Assembly (NCBI RefSeq): GCF_000315625.1
Contig: NW_005434659.1
Coordinates: 435,714 to 499,713 of the forward strand
Direction of reading: 5' to 3'
DNA: 64,000 bases
Source of the DNA: Guillardia theta CCMP2712
Lineage: Eukaryota; Protista; Cryptophyta
A program made the translations under genes and the position numbers. Below are positions 1 through 11,400 of the stretch, in pieces. Numbering within the stretch: the first letter of the stretch is position 1; every line of letters starts with the position of its first letter. A model generated the notes under the pieces. The model did no database searches, was not told where the DNA came from, and saw nothing but the letters and a program-made list of their open reading frames with translations.

Positions 1-269
1 CGTTGGGGGGGGGGGGAGGGGAGGAGGAGGAGGAGGATTGTTTTAAGCAGCAACTACACGATGTTTGGATGGGCGACTCGTCAGCCGTAGAGAAAGACGT
101 AATATGAAGTAGAGGACAAGACAAGGAGGGAGAGTACGAGGAGAATTGGGATGTCAGACAGGATGGTCAGAGATGGGAAAGGCATGACAGGAGTTTCAGG
201 CCATTGCGCGGGTGGGAGGGCCCCTGTACGGTGGCTTGCTGTTTGCTCACGTGGGGACGAGGCTGGGAT

Positions 270-1627
270 TTAACGCCAGGCCGGCTGTTGAGTCAATCCA
301 CAATTTCTTCGTGCTTGCGATGCTGCTGTATGCATACCCGATCTTACACAGGGCCAACAAGCAGAAGCAGGCCTAATCTGATCTGATAAGCCTGCAAGGA
401 AACCTCTTCTTCTCGCTCCCCCTTCTGCTCCCCTCGCTCTTTTCAAGTACACAACCCCCACTCCTCAGCACCTCCCTCCTCCTTCTCCTACCTCCGACTT
501 AGTTTGAAACGTTTACAACATGCATTCTTTAGTACAGTCTCCTCCTAGTTCACATCGAGTAAGTCTGGCTCATGCTCCCGGCCCCTCCCTCCCTCATCCT
601 CATCAGCGACGGTCTGATCGACTTCTCCTTGCTCAACCAGTGATCTGCCTTCCGTCGTCAGTTCCTCTGCCGATGCCTCTTTGTGTCGGACCCACCTGCT
701 CCACCTCCTTGCTCCATCGACTGATCGTTGGGGCTGTTGGTGTGTAGCAGACTGTGTGAATCTGGCGGAGAGCAAGACAAAGGTTCAGCCTACCTCAGCG
801 GGGGCACGCAAGTGACGTGGGCTTCATGCTTGACGCTTGTTATGCTGTTAAGCTCGCAGTCAGCGCAATCTCAGCACAGGGGAACGAGCAAGTTCAACCT
901 GACATCTGTCAAGAACTTTCCCGTCCCTCTTGACAAGGGCAGGGTGCTGTCAGACTCCCTAGAGAACTTGTCTTGCTGGCTCCATATCATCCATTTGATA
1001 TACTGCACAACCTGCGGCATACTTGGCGGACGCACAGGGCGGCGCCTTCATTCTACCTTGCTCTGGTTGGCTACTGTCGCTCTCTGCAAAGGTGTATCCC
1101 CCTTGAGATCCTTGGCTTGCAAGTCCGCGCCGAGGTGAACTAGCATCTGCAACTTCAACCTCACAACGCCTCCTCTCCCGCACAACACCGAGTTGCCTGC
1201 AGGTTCTGAAGTTTTCCCGATGAAGCCGCCAAGTGGCATCTGATGCAGCACATCAATTGAACCTTCTCCTTCTCTTCACCCTCCTCTCCGCCCTCACGCT
1301 GTTCTGCCGGCAGCGTCTCGGCGCTCCAGGTCATGTCCAGCTTCGTACAGCATGTTGATGTCAGAAGGATAGCCTATCACCTGCATCCAAGACAGCAATG
1401 AGCATGCAACTCCCCGCACAGCAGTGAGATGCTCTCACAGCCGCAGCATGCAGCGGGGAGCCGAAGGAAGCAATCAACTTCTCGGTCCCTGAAGGATGCT
1501 TCGACCTATCCGAGTTGCCGTGCGAGCCTGATCTGCAATGATCCAGCATCTCCGTCCTCACGCACAGCGACCCGAGCCCCGAGCTCCCCTCTTGGTCGTA
1601 TCTAGACTTTGATTCTTGTCCTCCCAT
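270..1627 (-). CDS. Ankyrin-repeat protein, spliced; possible N-myristoylation. 3' end approximate.
   Basis: ORF pieces contain ankyrin motifs GSPLHAAA (1361..1657) and LVHLGADLQAKDLKGDTPLQRA (1048..1251). ATG at 1627 gives MGGQESK (MGxxxS). Confidence 0.6.
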
Positions 1628-2796
1628 CTGGGAGTGGAAGGTTTTCAATGTTCCCACCTGTTTGACCCCCCAAAGACAAGGGGACTCCTGGTTTCCTTGC
1701 TCTGTCTGTTGAGTAGTATTGGTTCTGCAAGCTCTTGTAAGTGTTTTTGATGGAACAAAGCAAGTCCCCAGAAAGATTGATGAGCCATTTCTGACTATGG
1801 TGTTAATTTCTAAACTATGGTGACAGAACTATTCTAATGGGCAACACTTGATCAACAAGCGACAAGAAATTTCTGACACATGATGCTCATCACGGCATTG
1901 GTGATAAGATAATTTGACACTATACGCATGGATATCGCCTGAGTTCATTTCTCATCAAGCTCTTCTCAAAACCTGCAATACTGTACCTTTGCCTACTAAA
2001 TCGCTGAAACTTTTTATATCTTCTGGCATCTTTTCATATCCAACATTTCCGGTCTACTCTCAAGATGTTCTTCTCATTTCTGCTCCTATTCTCCTCCTTG
2101 CTCCCCTCCTCGTCTCCCATCCTACGCATTTTCCGTTCCAACAAATTATTGGAAGGACCCTACCCATCAACCTCTCAGTCAAATCTTATACCCCCCACCA
2201 TCCCAGGGAAGTACCCCCTCCCCCTACTAAACCCATTCGCTACCGTACCTCCAAGTTTACTAACCCCACCCCCGGGACTGCCTTTCCTGACAACCTACCC
2301 GTATCAATACCATATCTAATTCGATATTTACACCCCTCCATGATATACCCCCACCCACTTTTTACCAGTGTCTCCACGACATGCACACCGGGGTCCGTTG
2401 GGGTCCACAGTGACCTCCTACCTACCCCCTTCAACTCCGCCTCATGATCAAGTTCAGTACCCCCACCCTCAGTTTCCCAGGCATGGACCCCTATGGCCTA
2501 TGGTAGTTTGGCAGATGTCACCTGGTGAAAGCTCTGTGAAGACTTCCGAAAGTGAGACAAGAGGAGATCTGGAGCAATGATGCAACTGAAGATGGAGATG
2601 ACAACTCAGGTAAGAAACAAAGACGTTGAGATGACGTAGCCATTGCAATGTCGTTCTTCTTGGAACCTGATTAAAGATCAGGTGAGGTGTGGTATCACAC
2701 GCAGTAAGTAACGACAGACTGGAATAAAGCAAGTTGTTTTTAAGGATTTTCAGAAAGAGAATATGCACAAAGAGTGGCAGATTTAGGAATTGTCGA

Positions 2797-3372
2797 TCAA
2801 TAGGATCCTTCAGCGAGATCTCTGTCTTCCTTATCATCTTTCGCCGCAAGGTTTGCAAGCTTAGCCCGTACTGCTGCCTCGCTGGCCGCTTGGCAAGTTT
2901 CGAGTGCCTGGTAGGTTTGTGTAAGATAAATTTGATCACACATTCAAAAAAGCACGAACCTTCTCATCAATGCATTCATCATCATCGGTGGTGACCTTGG
3001 GATCGCATGGCTTCATTACAAGCATGCATTCCTTTCAACAAATCAGCCAACAACTCGGAAGGACATCGCCGTAACTTCTCACCTCCAGCAATTCGTCATC
3101 ATCTTCGTCTGGCTTTGCTCTAAGCTGTACACTGGAACTGCAACAGATGAATCAGACAAGAATCAGGAGGCAAGATTCATCTTCTACATTTTGGCGTTGA
3201 CTTGAGGTGTGATGGCTGCTTGGGATGAGCGGAGGGCTGAAAGGCGATTAGAACACCAGGAAGTATGCGTCAAAGGGCGATGATCACCGAGATTGACCGG
3301 CTGGATGAAGCCGTAGGCAAGGGAGACGATGGTCAGGAAGAGACACAGGGCAGGGAGTACTCGGAAATTCAT
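2797..3372 (-). CDS. Small acidic 4-Cys protein with bipartite (signal + transit) plastid-targeting presequence; 4 exons
   Basis: MNFRVLPALCLFLTIVSLAYG|F is a signal peptide with Phe at +1, followed by an S/R-rich transit-like segment. Three GT-AG introns join in frame to ...KPDEDDDELLEECMLVMKPCDPKVTTDDECIDEKALETCQAASEAAVRAKL...EGSY*. Confidence 0.65.
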
Positions 3373-4433
3373 ATCTACAAAACGTGTTAATTGGATTCTT
3401 TCAACCACCTGTGAGTGATTTTGTAGACTTCACTTCACGATATTTCTCAACATCATGATACATGTCGCGAGATCGAGTTCACTGAGGAAGTTCATACCAT
3501 AGCAACAGGATTTGGTTGAAAATCCTGCTCCACTGCAATTTGATGCTATACAACCAATACATGTTTTGGCACTGTGGGAGGGGGAAACGAAGGCGACAGG
3601 AGCTCAAAAATCATCGAAAAGAGAAGGAAGGAGGAAAATCAGAGGAGTACAGATGGCACGCACGAGCAATGAAGGGGAAGGACGCGATCGTCACGCAGTG
3701 CATCGAGGGCATGGAAACCTGGAAGAGGCTGCGAGGAACGAGGAGGGGTGTGGGAAATGAAGCCCATTTGTAGGGGGTGGTAGTTCGAGTACCACCGGTG
3801 GTGTGCTGTGAAGGGGCGGTACTCACACCCACCCCCACACATTTACCAATCATTTCATTGAATACCACCCCGTTTCTAGTATTGCTCGTTGAAACCCCTA
3901 CACCCACCCCATGTTATTTCCCCTGCGCCTTTTGTTCCCTACCCCACCCTCTGCGAATCTTTCCTTGCTGTATTCCTACAAACCCCGCCACTCTCATGCC
4001 CACCCTACCACCCCCGTCAGCAATTAAAATAGGGTGCCCACCCCATGCAGAACAAGTCTACCCCCACCCCCACCCCCACCCCCACCCCCCCCACACCAAA
4101 GTGCGCATCTGATTATAAATGGATTACTTGTATTGTTTTTAAACTGAGATACTGGTACGGTTTCATAGACATCGACTAATAGTCATCCTCCCATTTGTGC
4201 CTGTATAAATAGATCTCATTTCTCAAAATAGATATTTCTCCCTAAATTAGATATAAAAAACTTACATTTGTAGCCAGCGGGGCTGTTTAAAAATAAAATA
4301 ATTTAAATTAAAACTACCCGTTAGTTCTATTGTAAACAAAATAGCTTTTTAAAACGAAAAATGTTTTAAAATCTCTTGATGTTGGCACGGTGATGCCTTC
4401 AAAATTTCGCTGAGGGGGGCCCGTGCATCGGAC

Positions 4434-4619
4434 ATGGCGAACGGCGGTCGCGGTGTGAGGGAAGGGAGGGAGATGGGGAGGAGGATGAAGGCATGCGGCG
4501 AAGCGGCTCTTGTGTATGGTAGATGCTGCATCCAGGCACAGAAGCTCGTCGACAAGGATGTCTGCAAGAAGGAGTTTCAGGAGCTCATGGCGTGTTTCTT
4601 GAAGGCGAAGCGGGCTTGA
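4434..4619 (+). CDS. NDUFAF8: Twin CX9C mitochondrial intermembrane-space protein, NDUFAF8-like complex I assembly factor
   Basis: CGEAALVYGRC...KDVCKKEFQELMACF has two CX9C motifs and closely matches the recalled NDUFAF8 pattern (CGAEAAAYGRCV...KDFCAREFEALRSCF). Confidence 0.75.
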   Translation: MANGGRGVREGREMGRRMKACGEAALVYGRCCIQAQKLVDKDVCKKEFQELMACFLKAKRA

Positions 4620-4639
4620 AAGAGAAGAACGCTTGAAGT

Positions 4640-7600
4640 TCATTCAGATGCAACAACAAGGTTAAATTTCCTCTCCGGGTACGATGCATGCGCATCGACG
4701 ATGATCCTCATGCACCTGCAAGGTTTCAATGCCCCGCATCGGAGACAACAAGACAGCATTACCTTAGTAGGTTGTCGGCGAAAAGGTTCATGTTAAATAG
4801 TTTCGTGTTGGACAGCTGCTCTCTATGTAGAATCTCACCTGCTCCCCTTAGCCTTTGAGCAACTTGTGCTAGCCTCTTGCTCAGCTCAAAGTAATCGTCA
4901 TGGTTGCGCGCGATGCCGATGGCGGCGTTCGCCGCGGCCATGATTCCTGCAGCAGTCCTTGCAGCCATCTTCTCGCCGGGTAGTGTCACGACAGGCACCT
5001 GGGAGGGAGCAAGCGGATGAGGCGGGAAGGAAGAAGCGGTCAGGAGAGCTACCTGAGCCCAGAGCATGTCGGAGGTTGTGCTGTGGCCGTTGTAGAGATG
5101 CGTGTCAAGAAACACGTCGCTGTACCCCTTGATGGCTAGGTGCTCCACCTTGGGGAAGGGCTCTGCAATGACCAGCCTGGCGGGGTCTATCCCCTCCTTC
5201 ACCGCCTCCTTCTGTAGAATCGCCTCCCCTCCGTGCCTGATCGTCCAGATGACGCTGCCGTTGGAGCTGCGCAGCAGGCGCATCCACATCCGGAACAGCT
5301 GCGGGTCGATCTTGTAGTGGTCGTTGAAAGCTCCGAACACTAAGGCTCCCTGCGCAGGAAGTCCAAGCTCCTCTCGCAGCTGATGCGGTCGGTCGACAGC
5401 GATCCCCGCCCGGCTGTCTCTCCTGTACGTCTGCAAGTTGCCGACAGGGTAGAAGGAGTGCGGCATGTACACCAGCTTCTCCGTGTAGCCGTGTGAGAGT
5501 TCCGGAGGGCTCGAGATCCTGTCGGTCAGGAGGTGCTGAGAGCGCAGAGACGCAGGGCCAGGAGGGGGGAAAGAACAGGGAGGAGAACGAAGTCAGGAAA
5601 GAGAGCATGGTAGGAGCAGAGAGAGGGGAGGTGGTGAGGGAGAGAAGGAACGAGGGAGACGTAGTATCAGCAGCAGGATCAACAAGGAAAGTCATTCTCC
5701 TCACCTGCACGTAGGAGGCTCCTAGGGTACCTGCGTATCCTTTGAAGGCAACCTGATGAGGGCGAGAGTGAGGGGAAAGACGGGCCGGTCCCACCTCACC
5801 TGAAGGGCGCAAGGGATGGCAGCGCTGACCGACATGGTGGCCTCGTTGAGCCATCCGGGGAGGTTAAAGAGCATGTGGAGGTTGAACTTGCGGATGGAAG
5901 ACGCGCAGTCGACCCCTTCGTGCTTGGCCCCATCGTCGGGGCGCTGGACCTCGGTGTGGAGGACGAGGAACCTGTCGCCGAGCAGCTTGCTGAGGGAGGT
6001 CAGGGGGGTTGGGAGCACAGGGCGATGTCAGACCGGATCCGCTCCTTGGACTTGTAATGGCCAATGCCGTCGCTTTCATGGTCGTTGATGGAAAACCAGA
6101 ACAGCTGCAGCCGGTTCGTCTCGATGGCACGTAGGATCTGACGGAAGCGCTCAGCTGAACGAGCTGGGGAAGGCGAGCAGGGAGTGAGTTCGGAATGTAC
6201 CGGATCCATCTCGAGCACGGAGACGACGTTGTTGGCAAACTCAGAGTCGTAGGTGCCCGTCCACAACATGCCGACGCGGAGGGGGGATAGGAGGGGAGGC
6301 GGGAGGGGGAGGGGAGTAGCGATCTCCGGTATTTTCTTCTGCGCTTCCCTCTGCAGTGAGAGGAAGGGATCAGTCGGGTGGCCTGCAGACCTCAGCAATT
6401 CACTTGCGTCAAGTTCCGGAGGGCGTGCAGGGAGAAAGGGCCCTTGTTGACCTGCTCTATCCAGTCAGGCCGCAGGACGCTGAGGCGAGGCTAGACCAAC
6501 TTGAAAAGGCGTCAGGACCCTCTCCATGGCAGTCCTGCTCAACAACTGATCCTCAATCTGAGCGTACTGCTCCCACTTGGACCAGTCGCAGTCCCTCTGC
6601 AAGCTCTCTGCAAGCGAGCATGAATGTCAGCCCAGAGTGGTAGGGAGGAACAATCTGCATTGAGGATGAGAAGAGCTCTGTACATCACCTAGGTATCTCC
6701 CCAGCGCGAGCAGGCATTCTTGCTTTCGTTCCTCCTTCGTCATCCCCTTGGATTCTCTCTTGCAAGCTTTGACTGCTTTCAAGTGCGCTCTCCTCGCCTT
6801 GTGGTGAAGATTTGCCTTGGTATACGCCGAGGCGACAAACAGCCAAAGGCGGAAGTTCGGTGCCCCCAGTTCGATACCTTCCCATCACTACCGTCAATGT
6901 TGTCCTGATACTGCTGCTGCTGCTGCTGCTGATGCTGATACTGCTGCTGCTGCTGCTGCTGCTGATACTGCTGCTGATACTGCTGCTGATACTGATACTG
7001 CTGATGCTGCTGCTGATACTGCTTCTGATGCTGATGCTGATACTGCTGCTGCTGCTGCTGCTGCTGCTGATTCTGCTACTGATTCTGCTGCTGCTGCTGC
7101 CCTTTCTCTGCCTCCTCTTCTCATCGTCCCCACCCTCACCTCTCTCCATCATCTCTGCTGCCTCCTCCAGCCTCCCGACTCCCATGTGAGCGAAGCCGAT
7201 CTCGATGTACACGGAGTGGTCGGAGGGGACGAGCTTCTGCGCGCGAAGGAGGTGAGGCAGGGCTTCCTCGAACCTGCCCAGCTTGACGAGAGCAGAGCCG
7301 AAGTTCCTGAGGTACTCCGGGTTGCCGGGCTGCAGGTCAATGCAGGCCCTCGCGTGCTCTAGAGCCTCATCGAAGCGCTTCAGCTGGTTGCATGCGACGA
7401 GGGCCTGACTGTGCGTGTAGTGGTCGGGGAGGAGCTTTAGGGACTGCTGGAAGAGGCTGAGCGCTTCCTCCACCCGGTTGACCTGCGTCTTGATCAGCCC
7501 GAAGCTGCGGAGCGAGTAACCGTTCCCGCTCCATCCTTTGTGCAGCATCTCGAAGCTTTCCTCCGCGAACTGCCATGGCACTGCTCCTGACATGGCGAGC

Positions 7601-8142
7601 TCGGCGACCTGGTTAGCAGCATGCAAGCAAGATCCGGGATCCTCCCTCCTCACGAGGTCGTCGTCGAGCATCGCCCGCAGCGCGCGCGCGGCCCCGGTCA
7701 TATTGCCCACCTTCCTGTAGCACTCAGCATGCGCTACGTGTCTGGCCAGCCGAGCATCCATCGCCCCAGCATGGCAGGAAGCAGCTCGGCCGAGCTGATA
7801 GCAGGGGAGGTAACCATCCTGTGCTGGTCCCTTGCCCGCTGTCCTCTCTGCCATGCCAGCCACCATCTCCCACAGCCCAGGATCGCAATCCTCCCTCCAC
7901 TCCGCCGCCGCCCAGTAGCATCGATACGCCCCTCCTTCGTCTCCCTGCACTCGCAGCATCTCGGCTGTCTGCAATGCTGAGCCTGCGTCGCCTTTCTTGG
8001 CCAGCGGGCATGAAGGATGTGACAGAGCCGCCGGCATGGCGAAAGCAATGAAGGGAACGAAGAGCGTCATTGCTATGGGCAGGCGCTTCTTTGACTTCTT
8101 CCTCCCTCCCGCCATGGGAGAGAGCGGTAGAGGAGGAGCCAA
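4640..8142 (-). CDS. TPR-containing GT41 glycosyltransferase (OGT/SEC-like), multi-exon
   Basis: TPRs (RNFGSALVKLGRFEEALPHLLRA). C-catalytic motifs FGAFNDHYKIDP, DVFLDTHLYNGHSTTSDMLW and VPVVTLPGEKMAAR. A last intron at ~4714-4761 gives ...FNLVVASE* at 4640. Confidence 0.85.
6905..7100. repeat. Imperfect (CTG)n / CTGATA trinucleotide tract inside an intron (~6878-7139) of the GT41 gene
   Basis: Direct repeat sequence. It is flanked by GT (gag|gtgaggg) and AG on the minus strand and produces spurious poly-S/L/A ORFs. Confidence 0.9.
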
Positions 8143-8297
8143 GGAGGAAGGGAAGGGAGAGGAGAGAGATGAGGAGGAGGACGCAGTCCGGAACGGGTTG
8201 CCTGGGCTGGCACTGGAGCAGTAGGGGAGGGGGAGGGGGGGCAGTGAAAAACTGCCAAGGGCGAAAGGGAGGGAAAATGTGAGGGCGGTATCATGAC

Positions 8298-8300
8298 GCA

Positions 8301-8361
<61 letters not shown>
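8298..8361. repeat. (GCAGGA)n hexamer microsatellite
   Basis: About 10 copies visible between the divergent GT41 and WD40 genes. Confidence 0.9.
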
Positions 8362-8365
<4 letters not shown>

Positions 8366-8402
8366 CATAGGAGGAAGTGCGGGGTAGGGGATCAATACAA
8401 GG

Positions 8403-11400
8403 ATGCAAGAGCAAGTGAAGGCGAGGGCGCTAGCATGCGCCATGAGCAGGGACGGGAGGCTCGTTGTTTGCACAGGGAAGGGAAGCAGCGTGCAGGTGTG
8501 GAAGAAGGAGGAGGAGGAGTGGAAGCGGGTGGAGGAGGGAGTGAAGAACATGGAGAAGGGGCACCAGGAAAGGGTGACGAGCATCGCATTCATAGAGGAC
8601 GAGGCCGTCCCTTCGAACCCACCCATGGTCGCCACAGCGTCGGCGGACAGGACCGTCAAGCTGTGGAGGCTTGTCAGCATGGCAGCGGCTCCGTCAGGAG
8701 GCAAGGGAGCTCCTGCGGTGCATGGGCCGACTGTGCTGGGCTACGACAAGAGGGCGGCAGTGCGGCTAGTCCTGGAAAACACCTGGCAGGAGGACCCGCA
8801 CATGCGCGACAACCTCCTGCTCCTTGTTGGCGGGCTGAGGAGGAACATTGCTCTCCTCCTGGACGTCGAGGAGGCGAAGTTTCACGTGAAGATGGTGGAG
8901 GTAAACGACAAGGATGTTGTCGTCGACGTTGCCTTCCTCCCCTCCCCCCTGACCAGGTTGCCTCCCCAGCCCCCCTCTCGTTATTTAACATGCGCTGCAG
9001 CCACGAGGACGGGCTCGACGTCCCTAAGGTCAGCGCAGAGATGCAGGTGACTCGAAGCTGCCGGGGATGCGCGGGAGTGACGAGCTGCAGGTTGCGGAGC
9101 TGCTTGAGATGGCAAGGGACAAGAGGAGCAAACTGTCTCGTTGCATGTTGTTGTGCTCGCACTTACATGCCTCCAGGTACCATGATGTGAGGCTGGAGCT
9201 CAAAAGCGCGAGGGTTGTGTTCGTCGACGACGGTACAAGTCATTTCCAGGCTATCGACTCGCTGCGTACAACTGGGAAGGAGGGGAGAGAGGAGGAGGAG
9301 GAGGAGGAGGAGAGAGGAGATGATGGAGAAGGGGAGGGGGAGGGGAAGGAGAAAGAAGACTCCAAGGCCGGGCATGTCTCGTACTGGTTGCTCCATCAGA
9401 CTCTTGTAGACGACAAGAACGTCTTCTGCGAGAGAAATTCTCTCTCCCACTCGGAGGCGATTTCCTGCCTCGACCTCCGCAGCACCAGGCGATCCCTTCC
9501 GCTCCTGGCGTCCGGCGGGCACGACAGGAGGGTGAAGCTGTGGAGTCCGTCCTCGAGGGAGGAGGGGGGGATAGACCAACGGTGGAGGTTGCTGGAAGTT
9601 CTTGATGCGCATGAGGGGCATGTGTGCGCCTTGAAGTTCAGCGAGGTGAATGGGAGGCTACTCGTCTCCTCCGACATGCGGGGGAACGTGGTCTGTTGGG
9701 GAGAGAGCATGCTAGAGGAGAGGGGGAGGCCGGAGGAGGGAGGAGGGAGAGGAGCGCGCTTCGTGCAGGTCTTCAAACTGAGGGAGGAGCTTGCGGTCAG
9801 ACATTTGAGCCTAGCAAGCCAGCCGCTGAGCGATCAGCTCAGGACGGCCATGCGCGCGCTCCTTCCGGCGCACTGGACGCATGCTGCACGGCTGCAGGTA
9901 GAGGAGGAGCAGATGAAGGAGGAGGACGTGGAAGCGATGGAGCTATCGCTAGCGCATCTCTCCTCCTCCTTCCACCGCGGGCTGGCGCTGTACGAGCACC
10001 TGAAAAAGTACGCGCGGAAAGTGGGAGCAAGGGACTTCAGCAGGTTCGGGAGGGGAGCTCTGCTGCAGGAGAGGATAGAGAGCTGGAAGATACAGCGATC
10101 GTACGCGCAGGCGGTGAATGAGGAAGGGATCAAGAGCCTGAGCAAGCTCGTGGGTCATCCTGTGGAAAATATCTTGCGGCACGTCATGGCCCATGACAAG
10201 CAGGCCGTGGAGGAGGAGATCCGTCGGCTGTCGCGCGAGTTTGAGAGGAGGAAGAGCTCAGTTTCTGCCATCGTCACGCGGTTGGAACAGAGCACTGGGC
10301 TGAGGAAGGAGCTGAAGCAAGGTTTAGTCTCCTTCCTCCTGGAGTTCTTCGTAGAGACCGTCAGCCAGCTCCTCCTCCCCCTCGAACCCGCCGGCCCATC
10401 GGGCGACTGGGACGAGCACGGGAGGCTGCTGGAGGAGGAAGCCGTGCGGGCTCTGACCTCCTCCCTCCTCCCCGTGACAAAGTTGCGGGAGGAGGTTGGG
10501 GCGCAGGAGCTCCTGCTGCGAGCCTTCAGCAAGTCGAACAGCGCGCTTCTTGAGGTCGTGTCGAGGAGGATGGAGGGGCTGAGGAGCGACCTCGTCCTCC
10601 TCCGCAAGAAGCTCCAGTATGCAGAGATAGTTGCCAGCACTGGGCTCGTAGTCGTAGCGACGTCATGCGAGGACATGCCGGTCACGGCCGGTCAGCCCGT
10701 CCACCTGGGGGAGGAGGAGGACGAGGAGGGGAGAAAGGGGAAGAAGCAGCTCGGGGTTGTCGAGCAGGTGCTGCAGCGAGGAGCAGGAGTGTTTCAGTCT
10801 ACATTCGCCTACAGAGTTAAGTTGAAAGGTGAGGGGAACCTCATTTCTTCCTCCCTTCCTCTTCATGCCCCACATCCACGATAGCTCCTGCTCTCCTTCC
10901 TGCTCTCTCTCGCCTCCTTTCATGACTTTACCAAAATGATTCCTCCTCCTGTGCTCACCCTTCTGCCTTCTCCCCTGCTGACTCCTCCTCTCGTTTCTCC
11001 ACTCCCGACCACTTACTCCATGCTCTCTTGTTGATTGTGAACAGGCCGCGAGACGACAGTCGATGTCACTGTTTCCAAGATGCCAGCACAGGTGTTTCTG
11101 CTTACCCTATCTCTCCCACCTCCACTTGCCCCCACCTCTCCACTGCCTCTGCTCCTCCAGACTGAACTTTGTTATATCCCTTTCGCCTTCTCCTCCTTCT
11201 CTCTCCTTCACACTGCTGTCAATCCCAACAAACCCGCTGTTCTATCACTTCTTCCATCTCCCAGCTCTCCTCCTCCTCTGGTGATCGGCCTCGTTGCAGT
11301 TCGGCGTCAAGCTCTGGCGCCTCCTCCCTCCCCTCCACTGTCTCATCACGAGTCAGAGCGCTGCAGAGCACAAGGTTGTCTCCCACGACATCCCCCTCAA

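Noticed and set aside
1914-2447. 177-aa Pro-rich ORF
   Set aside because: Non-ATG start, and it derives from a TACCCC-rich non-coding tract with no motifs.
3512-4112. Short overlapping ORFs between the plastid protein and NDUFAF8
   Set aside because: No recognisable motif or consistent splice model.
6812-7362. Poly-Leu, poly-Ala and poly-Ser ORFs
   Set aside because: They are translations of an intronic CTG-type repeat.
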